A stretch of DNA of 64,000 bases from Eubacteriales bacterium. Lineage in GTDB: Bacteria; Bacillota; Clostridia; Oscillospirales; RGIG5299. Where the stretch lies: assembly GCA_045588575.1 (NCBI GenBank), contig JAZNEJ010000005.1, positions 2,269 through 66,268 on the forward strand, in the 5' to 3' direction. Each line of letters begins with the position of its first letter. Position 1 is the first letter of the stretch. Positions 17,803 to 25,710 of the stretch are shown here, one piece after another. Below the pieces are notes generated by a model. The model was given only the letters and a program-made list of their open reading frames with translations. It was not told where the DNA came from and ran no database searches. The translations under genes were made by a program, and so were the position numbers.

Positions 17803-18747
17803 TTAATTCTGTTTTTGACCTTCAATAATTTCATTCATTATTGCTTTCTCGCGAGAAAAGTCTTCGCTTATTTTCTCGCCCCAATAGAAAGCGGCGCAAA
17901 GACCGGGACCTATTGAAGCTCCGCAAGACATTCCAACGGAATTTATAATAACTTCCTTCGGGTTAAATTCTTTAATTATCATTTCCTTTAAAAGCTCTGC
18001 GGCGGCATCTCTGTTTGAATGAGCAACGAAGATGATTTGCTCGGAAGGATTTTTTACGGTTTTCTTCATATACTTAATAACCGCGTCGAAAGCGAGCTTT
18101 TTACCCTTGAATTTACCAATTACCTCGGAAAGCCCTTTGCGGTTAAAATCGGCAACGGGATTTATGCCGACTAAAGTGCCGAAAAAGGCCTTGAAGTTTG
18201 AAATTCTGCCGGTTTTACATAAAAAGAAAAGGTCGTCCATCGGGCCGCACTGATGTAAGCAGTGCTTGTTTTTGTCAATATATTCGGCATTTTGTTCAAG
18301 TGTAAGACCTTCGCTTCTTTTAAGAGCGGCTTCAATTACAAGCATAGATAACGCCGTTGAATAACGCATTGAGTCAACGACCATTATTTTTCTTTCGGGG
18401 TATTTTTCCGAAAGCTGATTTTTGGCAAGTTCGCAGTTTTGGTAGGTTCCCGAAAGAGCAGAGGAAAGAGTAATGCATAAAACATCCTTTCCCATTTTTA
18501 ATTGACGCTCGAAAACTTCCATTATTTCACCGATAGGTGCGCAGGCGGTGCGGTATGAAACATTTTTGTCCTTCATCGATTCAAAGAAATCCTTGGGGTT
18601 ATATGTTTCCCAGTCTATATCGGAAGAAATTTCGGTGCCGTCGGGCAAATATACAACGCTTCTGATATAATCATCTATTCCGAAACGCTCTCGGAGAGGC
18701 TTTATAAGGTCGCAGGAAGCGTCGGGTATAATGGCGTAATTAGACAT
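17803..18747 (-). CDS. DegV/FakB family fatty-acid-binding protein
   Basis: 314 aa with a DASCDL start motif. It is a paralog of the downstream gene. Confidence 0.9.
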   Translation of the reverse strand: MSNYAIIPDASCDLIKPLRERFGIDDYIRSVVYLPDGTEISSDIDWETYNPKDFFESMKDKNVSYRTACAPIGEIMEVFERQLKMGKDVLCITLSSALSGTYQNCELAKNQLSEKYPERKIMVVDSMRYSTALSMLVIEAALKRSEGLTLEQNAEYIDKNKHCLHQCGPMDDLFFLCKTGRISNFKAFFGTLVGINPVADFNRKGLSEVIGKFKGKKLAFDAVIKYMKKTVKNPSEQIIFVAHSNRDAAAELLKEMIIKEFNPKEVIINSVGMSCGASIGPGLCAAFYWGEKISEDFSREKAIMNEIIEGQKQN

Positions 18748-18879
18748 ATTTCTCCTCCAAAAGATAAATATATATAACTATATCACAAAAATCGCCCTTT
18801 TTCAACATTTTTTTACTTTTTTATAGAAATTTCCAAAGTTATATGCTATAATAAATTAAATGCGTTTTTGGAGGAAAAT

Positions 18880-19827
18880 ATGGAGATTTTTTTAATAATT
18901 TTGCTCTTTTTAATAATTTCGGGCTTTATAGCAATGGTTATTTATACCTATCCGATTTCAAAAATGGTTTATAAATCTCAGCTTGTTAAAACCGAAAAAG
19001 AAAAATGGGGAAGATGCTGCTCCGCTCCCGAAAACGCCGAACAGCTTGAAATGTGGAACGAGGGCGTTAAGTGGGCAGAGGAAAACCGAGAGGTATGCCG
19101 TGAGGTTAAAACAGAAAACGACGGCCTTAACCTTTACGGAGAATATTTTGATTTCGGCGCCGAGAGATGCGTTATTATAATCCCGGGCAGATGCGAAAGC
19201 CTTATGTATTCTTACTATTTTGCTCCTCCCTATAAAAAAGCGGGATTTAACGTTTTGGTTATAGACACGCGTTGCCACGGCAAAAGCGACGGAATTTACA
19301 ACACCATTGGCGTAAAGGAATCGACCGACATTCTTGCTTGGTCGAGGCTTATGTTTGAAAATTTCGGAAATAAGGAAATTTATTATCACGGCATTTGCAT
19401 AGGAACGGCATCGGGCATTTTTGCAATGACTGACAAAAACTGTCCCGATTACGTAAAGGGCTTTGTAACCGAGGGCTGCTTCGTTTCATTCAGAGAAACC
19501 TTTAAGCGACATATGATTGCCGATAAGCGTCCGCTTTTCCCTGTTTTAGATTTCGTAATGCTTCACATTAACAAAAACGCAAAAATAAACGTATATAGAA
19601 AAACTCCCCTAAAAGAAATTAAAAAGATTAAAAAAGATGCGAGAGTTTTGCTCCTCTACGGTGAAAAAGACATTTTTTCGTTACCCGAAAAGTCGAAAAA
19701 GCTTTTTGAGGCTTGTTCGGCAAACGATAAGAAAATTGTTTGGTTTGATAAGGGCGGCCATTCGCATTTGAGAATTAACAACACCGAAAAATACGATAAC
19801 GCCATAATAGATTTTTTTAAAGGATAA
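18880..19827 (+). CDS. Membrane-anchored alpha/beta hydrolase with Cys at the nucleophile elbow
   Basis: GGAGGA RBS before ATG 18880 and an N-terminal TM helix. The elbow reads HGICIGT (GxCxG). Late LLYGEKD...GGHSHL suggests an Asp/His pair. Confidence 0.7.
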   Translation: MEIFLIILLFLIISGFIAMVIYTYPISKMVYKSQLVKTEKEKWGRCCSAPENAEQLEMWNEGVKWAEENREVCREVKTENDGLNLYGEYFDFGAERCVIIIPGRCESLMYSYYFAPPYKKAGFNVLVIDTRCHGKSDGIYNTIGVKESTDILAWSRLMFENFGNKEIYYHGICIGTASGIFAMTDKNCPDYVKGFVTEGCFVSFRETFKRHMIADKRPLFPVLDFVMLHINKNAKINVYRKTPLKEIKKIKKDARVLLLYGEKDIFSLPEKSKKLFEACSANDKKIVWFDKGGHSHLRINNTEKYDNAIIDFFKG

Positions 19828-19832
19828 TATTG

Positions 19833-20702
19833 ATGTTTAAACAAAAATATGCTGTTTTTACTATGGACGTTGAACCATTTTCCGATACCGAATGCATTTC
19901 TCGCTCAAAAGAAACGGTTAACGAGGAGCTTTTGGACGGCTTCGACGAATATATTAAAATTCTCGATGAAAACAATATAAAGGCAACGCTTTTCACGGTG
20001 GGAAATCTTGCGCCCAAAATGTCGGATAAGCTTAAAAAATGCATTTTAAACGGGCATGAGCTTGCGCTTCATAACTACGAGCATATTGCGCCTGCCGAAA
20101 TTGAGCCCGAAGAATTCAAAAAGAATTTAACGAAAACAAAAAAAGAGCTTTCAAATATCTTTAACACCGAAATTTCGGGCTTTCGCGCGCCCTTTTTCGG
20201 AATAGATAAAGAGCACTTGGATATAATAAAAGAAGCGGGATTTAAATATGATTCGAGCTTTCTTAAATTTTCAGCGGCGCGCCACATCGTTGACTTTGAG
20301 TTAAACGATTTTGAAAAACGCTCGAAAAACATTTATAAAAACGGAGATTTTTACGAATTCGGAATTCCAAACCATAAAATGTTCGGCTTCCCTTATCCCA
20401 TTTCGGGAGGCGGCTACATAAGACTCGGCTACTGGCCTTTTATTAAAGGGCTTATAAAGCAGTATATTCAAAAAAACGACTACTACGTTTTTTATTTACA
20501 TCCCTTCGAGCTTACCAAGCAAAAAATACCGCGTATGAAACACTTGAAATCCTACGATAAATTTTATTTGAATTACGGAATAAAAAATTATTCGAAACAT
20601 ATAAAACAAATAATTTCAATGTTACAAAAATTCGGCTATACCTTTATTACCTTTGAGGAATTTGCCGAAAAATTAAATAAAGAAAAAGAAGCCTTAAACT
20701 AA
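19833..20702 (+). CDS. Polysaccharide deacetylase (NodB-homology) family protein
   Basis: FTMDVEPFSD, ATLFTVGN and HELALHNYEH motifs. It starts 5 nt after the upstream stop. Confidence 0.8.
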   Translation: MFKQKYAVFTMDVEPFSDTECISRSKETVNEELLDGFDEYIKILDENNIKATLFTVGNLAPKMSDKLKKCILNGHELALHNYEHIAPAEIEPEEFKKNLTKTKKELSNIFNTEISGFRAPFFGIDKEHLDIIKEAGFKYDSSFLKFSAARHIVDFELNDFEKRSKNIYKNGDFYEFGIPNHKMFGFPYPISGGGYIRLGYWPFIKGLIKQYIQKNDYYVFYLHPFELTKQKIPRMKHLKSYDKFYLNYGIKNYSKHIKQIISMLQKFGYTFITFEEFAEKLNKEKEALN

Positions 20703-20717
20703 GGCTTCTTTATTTTT
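20685..20717. terminator. Bidirectional terminator between the deacetylase and the PPTase
   Basis: Stem AAGAAGCCTT/AAGGCTTCTT spans the stop codon and is followed by ATTTTTTT. Confidence 0.6.
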
Positions 20718-21302
20718 TTAATAAGCTATTGAAATTACGTATTCGCCGTAAACAACCGTTTCAATTCGGTTATTTAGTGGCTTTGAAATTTCCGAAAGAC
20801 CGTTTCCGGTAAGCTTGGAGGAGGCTTCCTTTGCCGTCCAGAGCTTGAAAAAACGGGTTAAAAGCTCAAAATTTTCAGAGTGGGAAAAGTCTGCGTCTGT
20901 CGGGATACGCCCAAAGAGATTATAAAGCTCCTCGCCGTTGCAAATACGCTTTGCTATTTTTAAATCTATGGGGCGAATTTGTTCAACGTCTATTCCAACG
21001 GGACTGTCGCTTACGGCGCAAACAACAAGGTCGCCCGAATGACTTACGTTAAATTCAACGTCAAAGCTTTTAACGCAGGGTTTACCGCTTGGTTTTACCT
21101 CGAAAACAATTTCTTCGGGGGGAATGCTCAAAAACTCCGAAACGGCGTTTCGAGCAATCATTTCGGCTGAAACGCTTCGCTTTTTATCGTCATTTGAACG
21201 AAAACGGTTAACTCTTGCTTTTTTTTCCTCGCTCATTAAAGAAAACTGCTTTTCATATTCTTGTTCGCTTAAATTGCGAATGTTATATTTATACCATTTC
21301 AT
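20718..21302 (-). CDS. Sfp-type 4'-phosphopantetheinyl transferase
   Basis: GKPC...FNVSHSGDLVVCAVS..VGIDVE...LWTAKEASSKLTG matches the Sfp-family signature (W/F-x-x-KE-A/S-x-x-K). Confidence 0.85.
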   Translation of the reverse strand: MKWYKYNIRNLSEQEYEKQFSLMSEEKKARVNRFRSNDDKKRSVSAEMIARNAVSEFLSIPPEEIVFEVKPSGKPCVKSFDVEFNVSHSGDLVVCAVSDSPVGIDVEQIRPIDLKIAKRICNGEELYNLFGRIPTDADFSHSENFELLTRFFKLWTAKEASSKLTGNGLSEISKPLNNRIETVVYGEYVISIAY

Positions 21303-21308
21303 AAGGCG

Positions 21309-21995
21309 TTATCTTATAATGCCGCTGTCGCGCATTGAAACAAAGTCGCGGTTACCCACGATGATATGGTCAAAAAGGGTAATTTGCAAATTTTCCAAAA
21401 GCTCGACAAGATATTTGGTTGCCGAAACGTCTTCGGGAGAAGGAAGGGCAATTCCGCCGGGATGGTTGTGTGCAAGGGCGACTATTGAAGCGTTGTTTCG
21501 AAGAGCAACCTCGCAAAGAAGACGGTAATCTATTTCGCAGGAGTTAACGCTTCCTTCGGCAATTTGCGAAACGTTTAAAAGCTTCATTTTGCTGTCGAAC
21601 GACATAAGAATAATTTTTTCTTCATTATCGCCCACAAAATAGTTTCGGGCATAAGCCCCTACCTCTTTTGTTGTTGATAAAATTTTAGAAAAATTTTCTC
21701 TGTCTATATAATACCTTTTGCTTATCGGCAAAATAAGCTTAATAAGTCTTGCGGCGTTTTTGCCCACGAATCTTTCAAGCTCGTAATCTTTGGCATCAAA
21801 AACACCCGAAAGCGAGCCGAAATTGGCAAGAAGCGTGTGTGCAAGCTCGTTTGTATCTCTTTGAGGAATGGCGTAAAAGAGTAAAAACTCCAAAACCGCA
21901 TGGTCGGCAAATGCGCCGAGTCCTTCCTTATCGAAGCGTTCTTTAACACGCTGCCTGTGGCCTGCGTGAATATTTTTAGATTTTTCGTTAGCCAT
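21309..21995 (-). CDS. radC: RadC-like JAB-domain protein
   Basis: 228 aa with an N-terminal HhH-like region and a C-terminal JAMM motif HNHPGG...PSPEDV. Confidence 0.9.
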   Translation of the reverse strand: MANEKSKNIHAGHRQRVKERFDKEGLGAFADHAVLEFLLFYAIPQRDTNELAHTLLANFGSLSGVFDAKDYELERFVGKNAARLIKLILPISKRYYIDRENFSKILSTTKEVGAYARNYFVGDNEEKIILMSFDSKMKLLNVSQIAEGSVNSCEIDYRLLCEVALRNNASIVALAHNHPGGIALPSPEDVSATKYLVELLENLQITLFDHIIVGNRDFVSMRDSGIIR

Positions 21996-21996
21996 A

Positions 21997-22572
21997 TTAT
22001 TTTACTTTGCGGCTTCCGGGTTTGGTTATGGGAAGGCCCTGCTTGCAAAGCTCGCATTCATCGGCTTCCCAGCTCTTAATAACGGCAGAGTAAACCGCAC
22101 GGAAGGGAACACCGAAGGAAACCTGACCTTTTGAACGGTCAACAATTGAAGCAACGCCAACAACCTCACCGCCGAGAGCGTTAACAAGCTCAATAACCTC
22201 TTTAACGGTGCCGCCGGTGGTGATAACGTCTTCAACGACCAGAACCTTTTGGCCTTTTTCAATATGGAAGCCTCTTCTTAAAGTCATTTTGCCGTCTTCA
22301 CGCTCTGCAAAATAGCAAAGAGCTCCGAGCTGTCTTGCCGTTTCATAGCTCATCTGAATAGCGCCGATTGCGGGGCCGATAACGATATCGGGAGTTACGT
22401 CGAACTTTCCTTTAAGCTCCTTGCAAAGCATTTCGGCATATTCGGGATGCTCGAAAATGCGGGAAACCTGCATATAGGTATCGGAGTGCTTGCCTGAGGT
22501 TAAAAGGAAATGTCCTTTATTCATAACACCTGTTTTTTTAAAAATTTCAATAATTTCTTTCTCTGTAAGCAT
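21997..22572 (-). CDS. pyrE: Orotate phosphoribosyltransferase
   Basis: 191 aa with the PRPP-binding motif [13 protein letters not shown]. Confidence 0.92.
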   Translation of the reverse strand: MLTEKEIIEIFKKTGVMNKGHFLLTSGKHSDTYMQVSRIFEHPEYAEMLCKELKGKFDVTPDIVIGPAIGAIQMSYETARQLGALCYFAEREDGKMTLRRGFHIEKGQKVLVVEDVITTGGTVKEVIELVNALGGEVVGVASIVDRSKGQVSFGVPFRAVYSAVIKSWEADECELCKQGLPITKPGSRKVK

Positions 22573-22644
22573 TCTACGTCCTCCAAAAGTTATTTAAAAT
22601 TATCAATTTATTTTACAACTAAAAGCAAAGAAAATCAAGATGCT

Positions 22645-24555
22645 TTATCTTCTTCGCATTGAAGATGCGCGGCGTTTTCTTAATTTTTTCTGCCTTGCAG
22701 CCGAAATAACAAGGAAAAGTGTTGCAATAACAACTGCGCCCAAGAAAATTCCGAGGAATATCATAATGTTTTTCTGCGTTTCGAGCTGTTTAAGATAATC
22801 GTTATATTCTTTAACCGCCAAGGTGTAGTTGTTTATAAGCTCAAGCGAGGTAGTTTCGGGAGCTTTTTCGTTTGAGTAATTTAAGAAGAAGCTTCCTATT
22901 GCCGCTTTGGCGTCTAAAACCTTTTGATAATGGCTTGCATCACCGTTTTCCTGTCTTTCGGGAACTTCTTTAAGCCAAACGTTTTTGAGTGATTCAACGT
23001 CGGCGGGAACCGTGTAAAGAGAGGGAACGATTGAGGGTTTAAGGTTTAAATCAATTGCTTGCTCGTAGGAATAGGCAATTTCGAAAACAACCTTTTCATT
23101 GTTTGCTTTAGATAAAATTTCCAATCCCACGGGATTGCCGTTGCCGTCAACGCCCATAGGCATTGAAAGGGCGGGGTAGCCGCAGGTTGAAGCCATAAGA
23201 TAAGAGTTCGAATAATAGCCGTTATAGGGGTTAGAGGAAAGCAAAGGAGTATTTTGCATTGTGGGATAAACGATAGCGTCTAAACCGTATTTATCAAAAA
23301 ATCCGTCAACGTGTTCCTTAACCTGATTTCTGTATTTTGCTTTGCTTTTAAGCAAATTTGAATAGGAACCGGAGGTAAGGTCTTTAACTGTTTTTCCTTC
23401 GTAATAACTGTTAAGAAGGCTTGATTTGTCGGCAAGCTGCTTAAAGGAACGTATGGTTCCGGTAGTACCCTTAATGTATTCGTTAAAGAAAATTTCAAAG
23501 GTGCCTGCGGTGTAGCCGAGCTGAACGAGATAGTTGGTATCCTCGTTTACAACACCTTCAAGCAAAATAACCGTTGCGCCCTCGGCTTCGAGCTTTGCAA
23601 TGGTTTGCTCCATAAGATTTTTAACGGTTTCGTTTTCATATTGCAAAATCGGAATATTTGAATTTTTCCAAGTTGCCTGCATATAAAGCTCCTTGGGAAT
23701 TCCTATAACCTTTCCCTGAAGACCGTTTGCTTTTAAAGATGAGATGTATTTTTCGCTGTTTCCTTCAAGCGAGCCTAAAAGAAGAGCGCAATCGGAAACG
23801 TTTTGAGCAATGGGACCAACGGTATCTCTGTAATAATCGTAGGGCAAAACGCCGTCAAGAGAAATTAAGCCGTAGGTGGGACGTATTGCAACAACGCCGT
23901 TTGCCGAAGCGGGATTGCGAAGCGATGAATTTGTGTCTGTTCCGAGGGCAAGAGGGGCAAATCTTGCAGCAACGCCAACGCAAGAGCCGCTTGAAGAGCC
24001 GTAAGCCGAATAGTCGGGATTAAAGGCGTTATAAACGTTACCGTAAGAGCTTGTGGATTCATAAGCGGTCATTGCAAAAAAGCTCATATTGGTTTTTGCA
24101 ATAACTATTGCGCCCGCATCTAAAAGAGCCTGAACCGCTTCGGAGTTTTCGTTGGGGTAGTTATCCTTCATTGCGATTGAGCCTGCCGTTGTGGGAAGAC
24201 CTTTAACGTCTATGTTATCTTTAACCAAAACGGGAAGACCGAAAATATCGCTCCTTCTGCCGCTTTTCTTAAATTCCTCGTCTTTTGCCCTTGCTTCTTC
24301 CAAAGCGGTGGGATTTTTGTTTATAATAACGTTACCGTATTGCTTGTTATAGGCGTTAATGCGGTCTAAATAAAGCTGCATAATGGTTTCGTAGTTAATA
24401 AAGCCTTTATCAACCGCTTCCTGAAGCTCGGCTACCGACATCGAAAAAATGTCAATCGCCGCTTTGCTGTTTGCGGCAAAGCCGAAAACGGAAAAGGTTA
24501 GAGAAAGTAATAAAATTGCAATTATAACTGACAGTGCTTTTTTGATTTTTTTCAT
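22645..24555 (-). CDS. Amidase-signature enzyme with signal peptide and C-terminal membrane anchor
   Basis: N-terminal signal-like helix. The AS core is LVKDNIDVKGLPTTAGS...YGSSSGSCVG. The C-terminus has a TM helix followed by RQKKLRKRRASSMRRR. Confidence 0.85.
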   Translation of the reverse strand: MKKIKKALSVIIAILLLSLTFSVFGFAANSKAAIDIFSMSVAELQEAVDKGFINYETIMQLYLDRINAYNKQYGNVIINKNPTALEEARAKDEEFKKSGRRSDIFGLPVLVKDNIDVKGLPTTAGSIAMKDNYPNENSEAVQALLDAGAIVIAKTNMSFFAMTAYESTSSYGNVYNAFNPDYSAYGSSSGSCVGVAARFAPLALGTDTNSSLRNPASANGVVAIRPTYGLISLDGVLPYDYYRDTVGPIAQNVSDCALLLGSLEGNSEKYISSLKANGLQGKVIGIPKELYMQATWKNSNIPILQYENETVKNLMEQTIAKLEAEGATVILLEGVVNEDTNYLVQLGYTAGTFEIFFNEYIKGTTGTIRSFKQLADKSSLLNSYYEGKTVKDLTSGSYSNLLKSKAKYRNQVKEHVDGFFDKYGLDAIVYPTMQNTPLLSSNPYNGYYSNSYLMASTCGYPALSMPMGVDGNGNPVGLEILSKANNEKVVFEIAYSYEQAIDLNLKPSIVPSLYTVPADVESLKNVWLKEVPERQENGDASHYQKVLDAKAAIGSFFLNYSNEKAPETTSLELINNYTLAVKEYNDYLKQLETQKNIMIFLGIFLGAVVIATLFLVISAARQKKLRKRRASSMRRR

Positions 24556-24590
24556 TTTTTGCCTCGCCCTTTAATAATATTCTACATATT

Positions 24591-24619
24591 ATAATATTTT
24601 CTTTAATATAATTTGTCAA
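24591..24619 (-). promoter_or_regulatory. Putative sigma-A promoter of the amidase gene
   Basis: Reverse strand reads TTGACA, 17 nt, TATTAT. Confidence 0.45.
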
Positions 24620-24668
24620 TAGAGAAAAAAGTAAAATTTTTAAAAACAGTAAAAAAGTAATAATATTA

Positions 24669-24697
24669 TTGACAAAAGCCAAGAAAAAGAATATTAT
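24669..24697 (+). promoter_or_regulatory. Putative sigma-A promoter of the lipoprotein gene
   Basis: TTGACA (24669-24674), 17 nt, TATTAT (24692-24697). Confidence 0.45.
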
Positions 24698-24716
24698 TTA
24701 ATCGGGAAGTGAAAAA

Positions 24717-25397
24717 ATGAAAAAGTTTTTTTTAATTTTAGCATCAATATTCGTTTTGCTTGGCTTTGCCGCCTGTAACGTAACTCAAAATCAAGAAGAC
24801 GGGGAAGGACAAAGCTCTGAGCCTGCATCTTCATTGCCGAGCGTTACTGTTAATGGCGATTATTTTGCCGTTTCCGCAAAAGCGGCAGGAGCAGTATCTT
24901 ACGAATATTCGGCGTATTTGTGGCTTGCCGACGACGGCTACTATGCAATAACCGTTTGCGAGGGCTTAGATGAAAATAAAATAGTATATAGCGAAACCGG
25001 CCCTTACAGTTGTGAAGAAAACGTTATAAATTTCGGCGAATTCGGTGTGAGAACGGGAACTCTTGAGAAAAACACCGTTATCGTAACTCTTAAAATAAAT
25101 TCGGTTGACGTGTTATTCACCTTTATTTCCGAAAAAATGCAGGGTGATTTTGAAAACGGTAATTTCAAATTAAAAACGCTCGGCACCGCCTTTGAGCTTA
25201 ACGTTTTGGGCGAAACGCCTTATCGCTTAACGGGCGCGCTTACCGGAAACGGATTAATGCCCGTTGAAATTAACGGATTTAAAATAATAAACGCCGCTCC
25301 TATTCCGCTTGAAATAACCGAAAACGGTTTAAAAGGTGTTTTTGAATTGGATTACGGCGACGGTCAAGGCGAAGAAATAAATTTAATAAAGCAATAA
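24717..25397 (+). CDS. Hypothetical lipoprotein
   Basis: Signal peptide with the lipobox LLGFAAC. I recognised no other motifs. Confidence 0.6.
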   Translation: MKKFFLILASIFVLLGFAACNVTQNQEDGEGQSSEPASSLPSVTVNGDYFAVSAKAAGAVSYEYSAYLWLADDGYYAITVCEGLDENKIVYSETGPYSCEENVINFGEFGVRTGTLEKNTVIVTLKINSVDVLFTFISEKMQGDFENGNFKLKTLGTAFELNVLGETPYRLTGALTGNGLMPVEINGFKIINAAPIPLEITENGLKGVFELDYGDGQGEEINLIKQ

Positions 25398-25454
25398 AAA
25401 GTTAAAAATACTTGCATTTTAATATCTTATATGTTAAAATAAGATGTATTTTAA

Positions 25455-25688
25455 AAAAGGCTGTGAAAAAGAGCGCCCTGCGATGTCCTCAAAGAGAGCC
25501 GAAGACGGTGAGATTTCGGCAGGAATAAGCAATAAGGTAAATCACTTTTGAGCTGCAGTCCAAAAGCCGTTAGGCAAGTAGGCACTGACGTGATGTTCTC
25601 GTTACGAACAAACGCATAATAGGTGCGTGGCACAAGAAAATGGTGACATTTCCGTCTTTTCTTTGTGAAAAGGCGGTTTTTTTATTCT
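25455..25688 (+). promoter_or_regulatory. T-box leader (Ile) with terminator, controlling ileS
   Basis: Stem I elements are GCGATG...TGAGC (K-turn-like), an AGAGAG bulge and a GGTGAGA distal loop. A candidate specifier ATC(A) lies at 25541-25544. A T-box-like AATAGGTGCGTGGCAC precedes the terminator CCGTCTTTTC/GAAAAGGCGG plus a T7 run at 25652-25688. Confidence 0.8.
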
Positions 25689-25710
25689 TCAAATTATAAG
25701 GAGCAAAAAA

